Below, piece after piece: positions 1 to 9,250 of a DNA stretch of 64,000 nt (position 1 is its first letter; each line of letters begins with the position of its first letter). A model generated the notes under the pieces. The model was given only the letters and a program-made list of their open reading frames with translations. It searched no databases and was not told the DNA's origin. Where the stretch lies: contig JAHCLN010000002.1 in NCBI GenBank assembly GCA_026125215.1, positions 14,896-78,895 of the forward strand, read 5' to 3'. This DNA is from Opitutaceae bacterium (GTDB lineage: Bacteria > Verrucomicrobiota > Verrucomicrobiia > Opitutales > Opitutaceae). The position numbers and the translations under genes were made by a program.

Positions 1-54
1 TCTCTGCGGGTTCAGGTCGTTGAAACTTTTCGCCGGCTGGCGGGTTCTGGAGGT

Positions 55-315
55 ATGAACACCTTTCTCAAGATCCTGCTCGGCCTCGTGCTGTTGGTGC
101 TGGCATTCAAATTCGCCCCCGTCCTCATGCTGCCCTTCGGCCTGTTGGCCGCCGGGCTGTTGCTGGCCTGGGTGACGGTTTCGCTGACCGTGGCCGGGCT
201 GTTTGCCGTCGCGCTGGTCGTGGTGGCCGCCCTGGCGCCCGTGTGGCTGCCCGTGCTGGCCATCGTGGGCCTCATCGCGCTGTGCCGCGGCGGCCCCCGC
301 CGGACCGCCGCCTGA
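55..315 (+). CDS. small hydrophobic membrane protein, 86 aa, function unknown
   Basis: ORF track. GGAGG about 7 nt upstream of the ATG. Sequence is almost entirely L/A/V/G stretches, consistent with 2-3 TM helices. Confidence 0.5.
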   Translation: MNTFLKILLGLVLLVLAFKFAPVLMLPFGLLAAGLLLAWVTVSLTVAGLFAVALVVVAALAPVWLPVLAIVGLIALCRGGPRRTAA

Positions 316-361
316 GGTTCAGGCTGGCGGTGGCGGCTGCCCGGCGTTTGCTCGGGCTGTC

Positions 362-1057
362 ATGCCGTCACCACTGCCCTCCGCCATCATCGCCGGCATC
401 GGCTTCACCGGCCGCAGCGGCGGCGCGGTGAAGCAGCTCGCGGGGTTTCGCAAAGGGCACCACACGCTGCCCGACGCCGCCAACGCGGTGACCAACGCGT
501 TTCTGGGCAAAATCTGCGCCGGCGAACTGGGCGAACAGGCCGAGGCGCTGTTTCAAAAAGTGCGCACGGGGCTCGGCTACAAGCGCAAGGACATCGCGCT
601 GGCGCTGACCCCGCCGCTCGCCGTGCTGAACGCGAAAGATTTTACCGTGGAAATCGCCTACGCCCTCGAGGAAGCGGAGCCCTCGCGCTACGGGGTGACC
701 CAAACGCTGCACAGCCTGCGCAACGGCGACCTCGCGCAGACGGAGGAGTTTGCCGGCATTTTCGCCGGGTTTTTCACCGAGATCAGCTTCGGGCTCAAAA
801 AGGGAGTGCAGGTCGAGGCGGTGATTGATGCGATCGAGGCGTTGGCGGACGGTGGGACGCTCAGCGTTGATTATCCGGCCGACTGCCGCGAGTGCCTGAT
901 CCGGGTGGCAGGGGTGGAGGCGCAGGTGCGCTGCACCGGCGGGGCGCTGGACCTGGTTTTTCCCCGGGCGGGATCGCCGCGCGAGCTGCTGGAGGAGTTT
1001 GCCGCGGTGCGGAGCGCGTTTGCCGTCAGCCCGGCGCTGGCCGGGGTGATTGGCTGA
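362..1057 (+). CDS. hypothetical protein, 231 aa from Met-362 (frame open from 203)
   Basis: Long ORF with strong G/C third-position bias. No family recognised by eye. Start is the first ATG after the upstream stop codon. Confidence 0.55.
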   Translation: MPSPLPSAIIAGIGFTGRSGGAVKQLAGFRKGHHTLPDAANAVTNAFLGKICAGELGEQAEALFQKVRTGLGYKRKDIALALTPPLAVLNAKDFTVEIAYALEEAEPSRYGVTQTLHSLRNGDLAQTEEFAGIFAGFFTEISFGLKKGVQVEAVIDAIEALADGGTLSVDYPADCRECLIRVAGVEAQVRCTGGALDLVFPRAGSPRELLEEFAAVRSAFAVSPALAGVIG

Positions 1058-1184
1058 TTTTGGGATATTTCTCGCCCGCGGTCGGGCAGTCGCTAGGTGC
1101 CTAGGGATGCTTTTTGCCCCCTTTGCCGGAGAGAGTGTCTGCCGCCGGGTGCCCGCCCCGGCTGTTCCCAAAGGCACGCCGAAC

Positions 1185-3533
1185 ATGGAAGCCTTGCACG
1201 CGCTCGACGGCGCGGCGTGGCTGTGGCACCCGGAGATGGGGGAGCGCGAGCCGGGTTTCGTGCTGTTCCGGCTCAACCTGAAATCGGCGCGTGCCGAGAC
1301 CGTGCGGCTGCAGGTGAGCGCGGATCTTTGCTACACGCTGGCGCTGGACGGGGCGTTGATCGCACGCGGACCCGACTCGGGCGACGTGTCGCATTGGTCC
1401 TTTGCCACCTACGAACTGAAGTTGAAGCCGGGAGCGCACCGGCTGGAGGCGTTGGTATGGTGGGCGACGACCCCGCAGGCGCCGGATTCGCGGATGACCT
1501 GGCGCGGCGGCTTTGCCTGCGCCGGTTTGGGCGCGGCGGCCAAACGCTTCACCACGGGCCCGGCGCCCTGGCGGGTGACGAAACTTTCGGGCATGAAGTG
1601 GGGTCCGCCGCTCGGACGTTCCTATCACGTTCTCGGCGGTTCGGCCGTCGTGGATCTGGCACGGTTCGATCCCAAGCGGGCGCAGTGGGTGAAACCGTCC
1701 GTGGTGCGGGCGCCCGTGGAGTTCAATCCTTGCGGCATCGTCGCCCGTGGCTGGCGGTTGCATCCGGCATCTTTGCCCGAGCAGCGGCATGATTTCTGGA
1801 GCGGCGGAAGCGTGCGGGCACAGGTGCCGCGCTGGACGGCAGGGAAAAGCGTCCGGTTTGGTGCGGAGCTGGCGCCGGACGCGGCGACGGCGGCCGGCTG
1901 GAACCGGCTGCTGCAGCACGGCGAGGCGCTGAAGCTGCCGGCGCGGCATCAGGAAACCGTGCTGATTGATACGGACGACTACCTCTGCGGCTACGCGCTG
2001 CTGGAGTTCTCCGGCGGCGCCGGTGCGCAGGTGCGGGTGGATTGGGCGGAGTCCCTCTTTGAACGCGAGGAGACGACCACGAACAAATATGGCAACACGC
2101 CCGGGCCCAAGGGCCACCGCGGGGCGGTGGCGCACAAGCTGTTCTTCGGGTTTGGCGACCGCTGGATCCTCGGCGGGAGCGGGCGGCGCTGGACCGGCTC
2201 GCCGTGGTGGCGTTCGGGCCGCTACCTGATGGTGAGCATCAAGACCGGGGCGAAACCCGTGACGCTGCACCGCCTCGGCGTGGAGCGCACCGGTTTCCCG
2301 CTGGTATCGACCGCGAGATTCGCCGCGGACGATGCGACGCTCGGTCCGGTCATCGAACTGAGCGAGCGCGGACTGCGCGCCTGCATGCACGAGGTGTTTG
2401 TGGACTGTCCCTATTACGAGCAGATGATGTATGTGGCCGACACGCGCATCCAGATGCTGCTGGCGTATGTGTTTGCCGGAGACGACCGGCTGCCGCGCCG
2501 CGGCATGGAGCTGTTCGACCTCTCGCGGGGCCGCGGCGGGTATCCGACAATGCGGCACCCGTCGTTCGAGCGGCAGGAGAGCGCGACCTTTGCGATGATC
2601 TGGCCGTGGATGCTGCGCGACTTCGCGCTCTGGCGCGACGATCTGCCGTGGCTGCGTCAGCGGATTCCGGGGCTGCGCGCGCTGATGGAAGCGCTGCAGA
2701 CCGAAACCGACGAGAACGGCCTGCTGGTGAAACCGCCGGGCTGGCTTTTTGCCGACTGGGTGCCGGGCTGGGAAGCCGGCTGGGCGCCGGGCCAGCTCGA
2801 GGGCCGGCGCTCGGCGCTGGTGAACCTGCAATATCTCATCACGCTGCAGGCTGCGGCGGAACTGGAGACCTGGGTGGGCGAGCCGGCGCTGGCGCAGCGT
2901 TGGACGGTGCGTGCCGCGGCACTGGCGGATGCCATCACACGACATTTCTGGGCCGAGGCGCGCGGCTTGTGGGCCAACGACACGGCGCACGAAACGTTCA
3001 GCCAACACGCCCAGGCACTGGCGGTCATTGCCGGGCTGCGGGTGCCGGACCCGACGAAATGGGCGGACGCAGCGGCGAACGGAATCGCGGCGGCGACAAT
3101 TTATTTCCAGCACTACCTCTTCGAAGCGCTGGGCCAAGCGGGTCGCGGCGACCTCGTTTTGGAAAAACTGGAAATGTGGCGGGAGCTGGTGCGGCAGGGT
3201 TTCAAGACGCCGGTGGAAAGTCCCGAGCCGGCGCGGTCGGATTGCCATGCATGGGGCGCGCACCCGGTGTTTCATCTGCATGCGACGATTGCGGGCATCC
3301 GGCCGGCGGCGCCGGGTTTTCGGCAAGTGCGCATCGCGCCGCAACCCGGTGTGCTGACCTCGCTGGATGTCGCGCTGCCGCATCCGCGTGGGCAGGTGAA
3401 GTTACGCGCGGCCTTCGCCGGCAATCGGGTCGAGGCCACGGTGGAACTGCCGCCGGAGACCGGGGGCGAATTCATCTGGCGCGGCCAAAGCCAGCCGCTC
3501 CGCGCCGGATCGCAGACCGTGCGCATGGGTTGA
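1185..3533 (+). CDS. glycoside hydrolase family 78-like (alpha-L-rhamnosidase-type six-hairpin) protein
   Basis: ORF 1050..3533. Motif VDCPYYEQMMYVADTRIQ is typical of GH78-type catalytic domains. Start set to MEALHALDG by in-frame arithmetic. Confidence 0.6.
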   Translation: MEALHALDGAAWLWHPEMGEREPGFVLFRLNLKSARAETVRLQVSADLCYTLALDGALIARGPDSGDVSHWSFATYELKLKPGAHRLEALVWWATTPQAPDSRMTWRGGFACAGLGAAAKRFTTGPAPWRVTKLSGMKWGPPLGRSYHVLGGSAVVDLARFDPKRAQWVKPSVVRAPVEFNPCGIVARGWRLHPASLPEQRHDFWSGGSVRAQVPRWTAGKSVRFGAELAPDAATAAGWNRLLQHGEALKLPARHQETVLIDTDDYLCGYALLEFSGGAGAQVRVDWAESLFEREETTTNKYGNTPGPKGHRGAVAHKLFFGFGDRWILGGSGRRWTGSPWWRSGRYLMVSIKTGAKPVTLHRLGVERTGFPLVSTARFAADDATLGPVIELSERGLRACMHEVFVDCPYYEQMMYVADTRIQMLLAYVFAGDDRLPRRGMELFDLSRGRGGYPTMRHPSFERQESATFAMIWPWMLRDFALWRDDLPWLRQRIPGLRALMEALQTETDENGLLVKPPGWLFADWVPGWEAGWAPGQLEGRRSALVNLQYLITLQAAAELETWVGEPALAQRWTVRAAALADAITRHFWAEARGLWANDTAHETFSQHAQALAVIAGLRVPDPTKWADAAANGIAAATIYFQHYLFEALGQAGRGDLVLEKLEMWRELVRQGFKTPVESPEPARSDCHAWGAHPVFHLHATIAGIRPAAPGFRQVRIAPQPGVLTSLDVALPHPRGQVKLRAAFAGNRVEATVELPPETGGEFIWRGQSQPLRAGSQTVRMG

Positions 3534-3545
3534 GGCCCGCCCGCA

Positions 3546-3570
3546 GACTTTCACTTAATAAGTGAAAGTC
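3546..3570. terminator. AT-rich perfect hairpin (11-bp stem, 3-nt loop) 13 nt after the GH78-like stop; no U-tract
   Basis: gactttcactt-aat-aagtgaaagtc read directly, lying between convergent genes. Confidence 0.35.
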
Positions 3571-3601
3571 CCGGGAGCGGCGGGACGATTGGCGTGGGAG
3601 A

Positions 3602-3633
3602 CAAAAAACGGCGTCCCGGGAGAGGGACGCCGT
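3602..3633 (-). terminator. rho-independent terminator of mdh
   Basis: 10-bp GC stem acggcgtccc/gggacgccgt, followed on the minus strand by TTTTTT, about 35 nt after the mdh stop. Confidence 0.65.
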
Positions 3634-3667
3634 GAGAGAACGACGGGGATTCAGCGTCGCTGAATGT

Positions 3668-4654
3668 TTACTTGATCATGTCAGCCACGAAGGCGCGCTC
3701 CTCGACCAACTCCTTGTTGGTGGCGGCGAGCTTCTGCTGCGAGAAGGCGTCGCTGAGGTCGTAGTGGGTGAGGATTTCGTAGCTGCCGGGCGTCGTGGTG
3801 CGGACGGGCATGCCGGCCCAGACGTTGGCGTCGAAGCCGTAGTGGCCGTTGGACTTCACCGCGACGGAGTGGACGGCGCCGGGCGTGACGAGCGAGCGGA
3901 CGTGGTCCACGAGGGCGTTGGCGGCGGAGGCGGCCGAGGAGGCGCCGCGGGCGGCGATGATGGCGGCGCCGCGCTTGCCGACGGTCTCGCAGAAGGGTCC
4001 CTGCAACCACGCGTCGTCGTTGATGACCTTGGCGGCGGGCTGGCCGTTGATGTTCGCGTGCGCGAAGGCCGGGAACATGGTCGGGCTGTGGTTGCCGTAG
4101 ATGAAGATATCTTTAACGGCGGTGAGATCGACGCCGGCCTTCTGGGCGAGCTGGGACTGGGCGCGGTTCTGGTCGAGGCGCACCATGGCGGTGAAGCGCT
4201 CGGGCGGGAGCCGCTTGGCCTGAGAGGCGGCGATCATGCAGTTGGTGTTCGCCGGATTGCCGACGACGGCCACGCGGGCATCGGCGGCGGCGACGGCGTC
4301 GATGATCTGCCCTTGGCCGATGAAAATCTTGCCGTTGTCCTTCAGCAGGTCGGCGCGCTCCATGCCGGGACCGCGGGGTTTGGCGCCGACGAGGAGGCAC
4401 CAGTTGGCGTCCTTGAAGCCGACGGCAGGGTCGGAGGTCTGGACGATGCCCTTGAGCAGCGGGAAGGCGCAGTCATCGAGCTCCATGGCGACACCTTCGA
4501 GGGCCTTGAGGGCTTTCTCGACCGGGGCCTCGATGAGCTGGAGGATGACGGGCTGGTCGGGGCCGAACATGGCGCCGGAGGCGATGCGGAAGAGGAGGGC
4601 GTAACCGATCTGGCCGGCTGCGCCGGTGACGGCGACACGGATGGGAGTTTTCAT
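3668..4654 (-). CDS. mdh: malate dehydrogenase
   Basis: 328 aa. N-terminal Rossmann motif [21 protein letters not shown] and overall LDH/MDH-family sequence of the long MDH type. Confidence 0.95.
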   Translation of the reverse strand: MKTPIRVAVTGAAGQIGYALLFRIASGAMFGPDQPVILQLIEAPVEKALKALEGVAMELDDCAFPLLKGIVQTSDPAVGFKDANWCLLVGAKPRGPGMERADLLKDNGKIFIGQGQIIDAVAAADARVAVVGNPANTNCMIAASQAKRLPPERFTAMVRLDQNRAQSQLAQKAGVDLTAVKDIFIYGNHSPTMFPAFAHANINGQPAAKVINDDAWLQGPFCETVGKRGAAIIAARGASSAASAANALVDHVRSLVTPGAVHSVAVKSNGHYGFDANVWAGMPVRTTTPGSYEILTHYDLSDAFSQQKLAATNKELVEERAFVADMIK

Positions 4655-4671
4655 GGAAGGAAATTTTTAAC

Positions 4672-4696
4672 CACGAAGGGCACGAAGAACACGAAA
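4672..4696. repeat. three direct CACGAAG/CACGAAA heptamers at exact 9-nt spacing in the mdh 5' leader/promoter region
   Basis: Copies at about 4672, 4681 and 4690. Inverted copy CTTCGTG at about 4744 and CTTCGCG at about 4762. Confidence 0.6.
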
Positions 4697-4778
4697 GAAA
4701 AATGAAAAGCCACGGTGCAGTAGTAGAAATATTTTAGCCAGGGCTTCGTGATCTTAGCGGTCTTCGCGGTGAGCCATC

Positions 4779-5888
4779 TCAGCCAAAGCGCGGGGCGAGG
4801 GCGGCATGGATTTCGCGGATCAGCCGCTCGGTGGTGGGCCAGTCGATGCAGGCGTCGGTGATGCTGACGCCGTGCTTCAGGTTTTCCCGGGGCTGGGGAA
4901 AGGGCTGGTTGCCGGCGGCGAGGTTGCTCTCAATCATCGCGCCCATGATGGAGCGGTTGCCGGCGGTGATCTGGGCGAGCAGCTCGTGCATGACCTCGGG
5001 CTGGCGCTCGGGCTGCTTGGCGGAATTGTCGTGCGAGCAGTCCACGAGAATGGACTGCGGCAGGCCGGCCTTGGTGAGCAAAGCTTCGGTGTTGGCGATG
5101 TGCGCGGGCGAATAGTTCGGGCCGGCGGTGCCGCCGCGCAGGACGACATGGCAGTCGGGGTTGCCGCGGGTGGCGACGGCCGAGGCCGCGCCGTCCGTGC
5201 TGATGCCAAGGAAGGTGTGCGGCTGGCCGGCGGCCTTGATGGCGTTGATCGAGGTCTGGATGGAGCCGTCGGTGCCGTTCTTGAAACCGAGGGGCATGGA
5301 AAGGCCCGAGGCCATCTGGCGGTGGGTCTGCGACTCGGCGGTGCGCGCGCCGATGGCGCCCCAGCAGACGAGGTCGGCGACATATTGCGGCGTGATGGGA
5401 TCGAGAAACTCGGTGGCGGTGGGCAGGCCGAGGTCGAGCACGTCGCGCAGGAAGGTGCGCCCGAGGCGCAAGCCGGCGGCGATGTCGTGCGAGCCGTCGA
5501 GGTGCGGATCCATGATGAGGCCCTTCCAGCCGACGGTGGTGCGGGGTTTTTCGAAATACACGCGCATCACGATCATCACGCGGTCGGCCACCTCGCGGGC
5601 GAGCGTGGCGAGCCGGCGCGCATACTCTCGCCCGGCCGCCGGATCGTGAATCGAGCAGGGACCGACGATCAGCAGGAACCGCCGGTCGTCGGTGAAAATC
5701 AGCCGGTGGATATCGCGGCGGGCGCGGGTGACGAAATCCGCCTGCGCATCCGTCTTGGGGAGTTCCGCGAGGAGGGTGGCCGGCGAGGGCAGGACCCGGG
5801 TCTCGACGACATTGATGTCGGAAGTCTTCTGCATGAAGGGCCAGCTTGGGGAGGGCATTGGCGGCGGAGCAAGCCTCGCGTCCGTCAT
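4779..5888 (-). CDS. aroG: class I 3-deoxy-7-phosphoheptulonate (DAHP) synthase
   Basis: 369 aa. Motif RFLLIVGPCSIHD and family-wide similarity. An alternative start MQKTSD lies 54 nt downstream. The isozyme cannot be assigned. Confidence 0.9.
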   Translation of the reverse strand: MTDARLAPPPMPSPSWPFMQKTSDINVVETRVLPSPATLLAELPKTDAQADFVTRARRDIHRLIFTDDRRFLLIVGPCSIHDPAAGREYARRLATLAREVADRVMIVMRVYFEKPRTTVGWKGLIMDPHLDGSHDIAAGLRLGRTFLRDVLDLGLPTATEFLDPITPQYVADLVCWGAIGARTAESQTHRQMASGLSMPLGFKNGTDGSIQTSINAIKAAGQPHTFLGISTDGAASAVATRGNPDCHVVLRGGTAGPNYSPAHIANTEALLTKAGLPQSILVDCSHDNSAKQPERQPEVMHELLAQITAGNRSIMGAMIESNLAAGNQPFPQPRENLKHGVSITDACIDWPTTERLIREIHAALAPRFG

Positions 5889-5908
5889 TGACGCCGATCG
5901 CGGCGGAT

Positions 5909-5946
5909 AAAAAAGTGGCCGGCCGCTTACCCCTAAGCGGCCGGCC
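5909..5946 (-). terminator. canonical intrinsic-terminator structure 20 nt upstream of the DAHP synthase start codon (candidate attenuator or sRNA terminator)
   Basis: 10-bp stem ggccggccgc/gcggccggcc with loop ttacccctaa. Minus strand continues ac-TTTTTT. The plus strand also has a T-rich tail (tttgctttctt). Confidence 0.55.
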
Positions 5947-5970
5947 TTTGCTTTCTTAGTTACCCCAAAA

Positions 5971-5987
5971 CTCCCGCTAGGCGGGAG
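5971..5987 (-). other. second small hairpin (7-bp stem) followed by TTTT on the minus strand
   Basis: ctcccgc-tag-gcgggag read directly. It lies upstream of the terminator-like hairpin in the same leader. Confidence 0.4.
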
Positions 5988-5996
5988 AAGTGAAAT

Positions 5997-6060
5997 TTGA
6001 TGATTTGATAGGTAGGAGATTTTCGCTCACCGTCAACAGAAAGTTATCAAATTCTATCAA
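5997..6060. promoter_or_regulatory. symmetric operator-like array TTGATG-N2-TTGATA-N34-TATCAA-N4-TATCAA inside an AT-rich island between divergent aroG and ygfZ
   Basis: Hexamers at about 5997, 6005, 6045 and 6055. The surrounding ~150 bp is far more AT-rich than the rest of the window. Confidence 0.35.
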
Positions 6061-6102
6061 TTTTGTTCGTAACTTGTTTGTAACCATATAAATAAATTTT
6101 CG

Positions 6103-6984
6103 ATGTTTTTCTCAAAAATCACCGGTTATCACCCTTGGCAGCCATTAGCATGGTTGCGGGTGAGTGGGGACGATGCATTAACTTTTCTTCAGGGTCAGTT
6201 TACCAACGACTTGCGCAATTTGATGGCAGGAGGCGCGATCTATGGATTGTGGCTGAATCAGAAGGGCCGGGTGCTGGCCGACAGTTTTGTGGTGAGCGGA
6301 GACGGGCGGGACACGTTCTGGCTGGCGAGTTATTTTTGCCCGACGCCGGTCATCCGTGAGCGTTTGGAGGCCTACATCATTGCCGACGATGTGGTGATCA
6401 CGGATGAGACGGCGGATTGGCAAGCGGTCACCCTGCTGGGCACGGTCGAGCCGGCCGCGCTGCGGCAGGCGGTGCCCGGCAGTCTGGCCTTTGCCGGCCG
6501 GAGGGGAGCGGAAAGCGTGGAGTGGGTGTTTCCGCGGGTCGCCAAGGAGCAGGTCGGAGCCTATCTGGCGGATCGGACCGAAGTGGACGCCGGCGGGATG
6601 GAGCGCCGGCGCGTGCTGGCGGGAATTGCGGCGGTGCCGGCGGACATCGGTCCCGGCGAGTTGCCCAACGAGGGCGGGCTGGAGCAGGATGCGATTTCCT
6701 ACACGAAAGGCTGTTACCTCGGGCAGGAAGTGATGGCGCGGTTGAAAGCCATGGGCCGGGTGCGGCGTCGGCTGCTGCGTGTCACCGGCCGCGGCTCGCC
6801 GCCGCCCGTGCCGGCGGAGTTGTGGCAAGAAGGCCGCAAGGTTGGCGAATTGCGCTCGGCCGCGGCCGGGGTCGACGGCTTTGCCGGGTTGGCGTTGCTG
6901 ACCCTGATGTCGATGCAACCGGCCGCGGGATTGGGCTTGGCGGCGGAGGCGGTGCCGACGATCACCGTGACGGATCCCGCATGA
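6103..6984 (+). CDS. ygfZ: YgfZ/CAF17-type folate-binding Fe-S cluster repair protein (aminomethyltransferase fold)
   Basis: 293 aa. Signature KGCYLGQE near the C-terminal third. Confidence 0.8.
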   Translation: MFFSKITGYHPWQPLAWLRVSGDDALTFLQGQFTNDLRNLMAGGAIYGLWLNQKGRVLADSFVVSGDGRDTFWLASYFCPTPVIRERLEAYIIADDVVITDETADWQAVTLLGTVEPAALRQAVPGSLAFAGRRGAESVEWVFPRVAKEQVGAYLADRTEVDAGGMERRRVLAGIAAVPADIGPGELPNEGGLEQDAISYTKGCYLGQEVMARLKAMGRVRRRLLRVTGRGSPPPVPAELWQEGRKVGELRSAAAGVDGFAGLALLTLMSMQPAAGLGLAAEAVPTITVTDPA

Positions 6985-8369
6985 CCGAACACGAGCAACT
7001 CACGGAACTTTGCCGCCGGCTGGGCGCCGAGCCCGCACCGGCCGCGGTGATGGCGGCGCAATTGCAAAAGCGCGCCGACCAGATGGCCGCGGAGCGCGGC
7101 GTCACCCGCGTGGCGGCGATGGAGTATCTGCTCGGGGTCATGGTAAAAGCGCGCCAAGGCGAGGCCCCGGCCGCCGATGCGCCCGGCCGGCCGCCCCTTT
7201 CCATGCGAGAAAAACTGCTGACCCTCTTCCATGCCACCTTTGGCCGCAGCCCGGCCGTGATCGCACGCGCGCCCGGCCGCATCGAGTTCATCGGCAACCA
7301 TACCGACTACAACGGAGGCACGGTGCTCGGCGCCGCGATTGACCGCGGTGTGTGGGTGGCGCTGGCGCCGCGCGCGGACGGAGTGCGCCGATTCGCGAGC
7401 GAGCAACAGGCGGGGGTGGTGACGCAGGGCGCCGCCGCGCTGAAAAAAGCAGACGGGGACGGGGCCTGGATCAATTACCCGCTCGGCGTGCTCGCGGCGC
7501 TGCCGGAATTCGGGCTGAAAGCGCCGGCCGGATTTGATTTCTACGCGGTGTCGGACCTGCCCTCCGGCGCGGGCCTGAGCAGCAGTGCGGCGATCGAGCT
7601 GGCGTCGGCGCTGGCTTTCCTGGAGCTCACCGGGCAGCGGCCGGCACGCGAGACGGTGGTGAAAATCGGACGGCACGCGGAGAATCATTTTGTGGGCGTG
7701 CCCTGCGGCATTCTCGACCAGGGCGTGTCCGGCTTTGGACAAAAGGATCGTCTCGTGTTCATCGACTGCCGCGGCCCGCGGTTTGACACCGTGCCCCTGC
7801 CGGCGGGCGCGCAGTTCTGGATCTTCAACACCCACACCAAGCACGCGCTGGTGGACGGTCTGTATGCGGCACGGCACCGCGAGTGCATGGCCGCCGCGCA
7901 GACGCTGGGGGTGGGGCAGCTCGTCGAGGCCACGCCGGCGATGCTGGAGTCGGCGCGCGGGAAACTCCCGCCCGAGGCCTACCGGCGGGCCAAGCATGTG
8001 ATCGAAGAAATCGCCCGCGTGGACGCCTGCGTGGTCGCGCTGCGGACGGGTGATCTGCCGGCGGCGGGCCGGCTGTTGACGGCTTCGCACCGGAGCTCGC
8101 AGGCACTGTTTGAGAACAGCACCCCGGAGCTCGACTTCCTGGTGGACGAACTGGTGCGCGCACCGGGGGTCCACGGTGCGCGCCTGACCGGCGGCGGCTT
8201 TGGTGGCGCGGTGATGGCGCTGACGGCCCCGGAATTCACCCGGGAGCAGGCGGCGCGGGTGGCGGCGGCCTACCGGGAAAAACACGGCCAGGAGCCCGAT
8301 GTGCTGCACACCCGCACCGGCGACGGCGCGGCAGTGGTTCAGAGCAGCGCGCCGATCTGCGAGAAATAA
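6981..8369 (+). CDS. galK: galactokinase with an about 74-aa N-terminal extension
   Basis: GRIEFIGNHTDYNGG galactokinase signature and GHMP motif PSGAGLSSSAA. The frame is open back to an ATG at 6981, which overlaps the ygfZ stop (ATGA). Conventional start would be MREKLL at 7203. Confidence 0.8.
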   Translation: MTEHEQLTELCRRLGAEPAPAAVMAAQLQKRADQMAAERGVTRVAAMEYLLGVMVKARQGEAPAADAPGRPPLSMREKLLTLFHATFGRSPAVIARAPGRIEFIGNHTDYNGGTVLGAAIDRGVWVALAPRADGVRRFASEQQAGVVTQGAAALKKADGDGAWINYPLGVLAALPEFGLKAPAGFDFYAVSDLPSGAGLSSSAAIELASALAFLELTGQRPARETVVKIGRHAENHFVGVPCGILDQGVSGFGQKDRLVFIDCRGPRFDTVPLPAGAQFWIFNTHTKHALVDGLYAARHRECMAAAQTLGVGQLVEATPAMLESARGKLPPEAYRRAKHVIEEIARVDACVVALRTGDLPAAGRLLTASHRSSQALFENSTPELDFLVDELVRAPGVHGARLTGGGFGGAVMALTAPEFTREQAARVAAAYREKHGQEPDVLHTRTGDGAAVVQSSAPICEK

Positions 8370-9247
8370 TCCGCGACCAGGCCTTCGAAAAAGAGGAAAT
8401 AAAGCGCGCCGGCGATGGCGAGCATGGGGCCGAAGGGCACGTGGACGCCAAAGCCCAGCGGGGCGGCTTCACCCTCGGGCGTCTCGGCCTTGGGGGCGAC
8501 CGGGGCCGCCCGGCCGCTGAGCTTCTGCCAGAGCAGCGCAACCGCGAACCACACCGTGCCGACGACGGCGCCGCCAAACATCGCGAACACCGCGCCCTGC
8601 CAGCCGCAAAAGGCGCCGATCGCGCCGACGAATTTCACGTCGCCAAAACCCATCGCCTCCTTTTTCAGCACCGCCTCGGCGATGAGCGCGATCCACAGCA
8701 CGAGGCCCGAGCCGAGGAGCATGCCCTGGATCGAAGCGGTGCCGGCGCGCAGGCTGTCCACGACCCAGATGCCCCCGGTCTGCCCGTGCAGCGCAGGCAC
8801 GAGGAGCGAGAGCGCGAGGCCGATCATCGCCCCGCCGATCGTGAAAAAATCCGGGATGATCATGTGGTCGAGGTCGATAAACGTGGCCCCGACGAGCAGG
8901 CTGAGAAAAACCATCCCGCACACGGCCTTGGCCGGCGGGAAAAGCAGCCAGCAGGCGAGGAACAGCCCTGCGGTGAGCAGCTCGACGAAGGCGTAGCGAA
9001 ACGCATACGGCCGCCCGCAGCAGCGGGCCTTCCCGCGCAAAATGAACCAGCTGAGGACCGGGATGTTGTCGTGCCACGCGATCGGGGCGCCGCAACCGCA
9101 GTGCGAGCCGGGCGTGACGACGGATTTGCCCGCCGGCACCCGGTAGATGACGACGTTGAGAAGACTGCCGATGCAGGCGCCGAACACGAAGGCGACGAGC
9201 GGGAAAAACCACGGGAAGGCGGTGGCGATTTCGGCGTAGGCGGCCAT
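8339..9247 (-). CDS. A24-family prepilin peptidase
   Basis: 302 aa polytopic membrane protein with Cys motifs GSHCGCG...ARCCGRP and conserved Asp-containing loops (FGDVKF). The 3' end overlaps galK convergently by 31 nt. Confidence 0.85.
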   Translation of the reverse strand: MAAYAEIATAFPWFFPLVAFVFGACIGSLLNVVIYRVPAGKSVVTPGSHCGCGAPIAWHDNIPVLSWFILRGKARCCGRPYAFRYAFVELLTAGLFLACWLLFPPAKAVCGMVFLSLLVGATFIDLDHMIIPDFFTIGGAMIGLALSLLVPALHGQTGGIWVVDSLRAGTASIQGMLLGSGLVLWIALIAEAVLKKEAMGFGDVKFVGAIGAFCGWQGAVFAMFGGAVVGTVWFAVALLWQKLSGRAAPVAPKAETPEGEAAPLGFGVHVPFGPMLAIAGALYFLFFEGLVADYFSQIGALL

Positions 9248-9250
9248 GGG

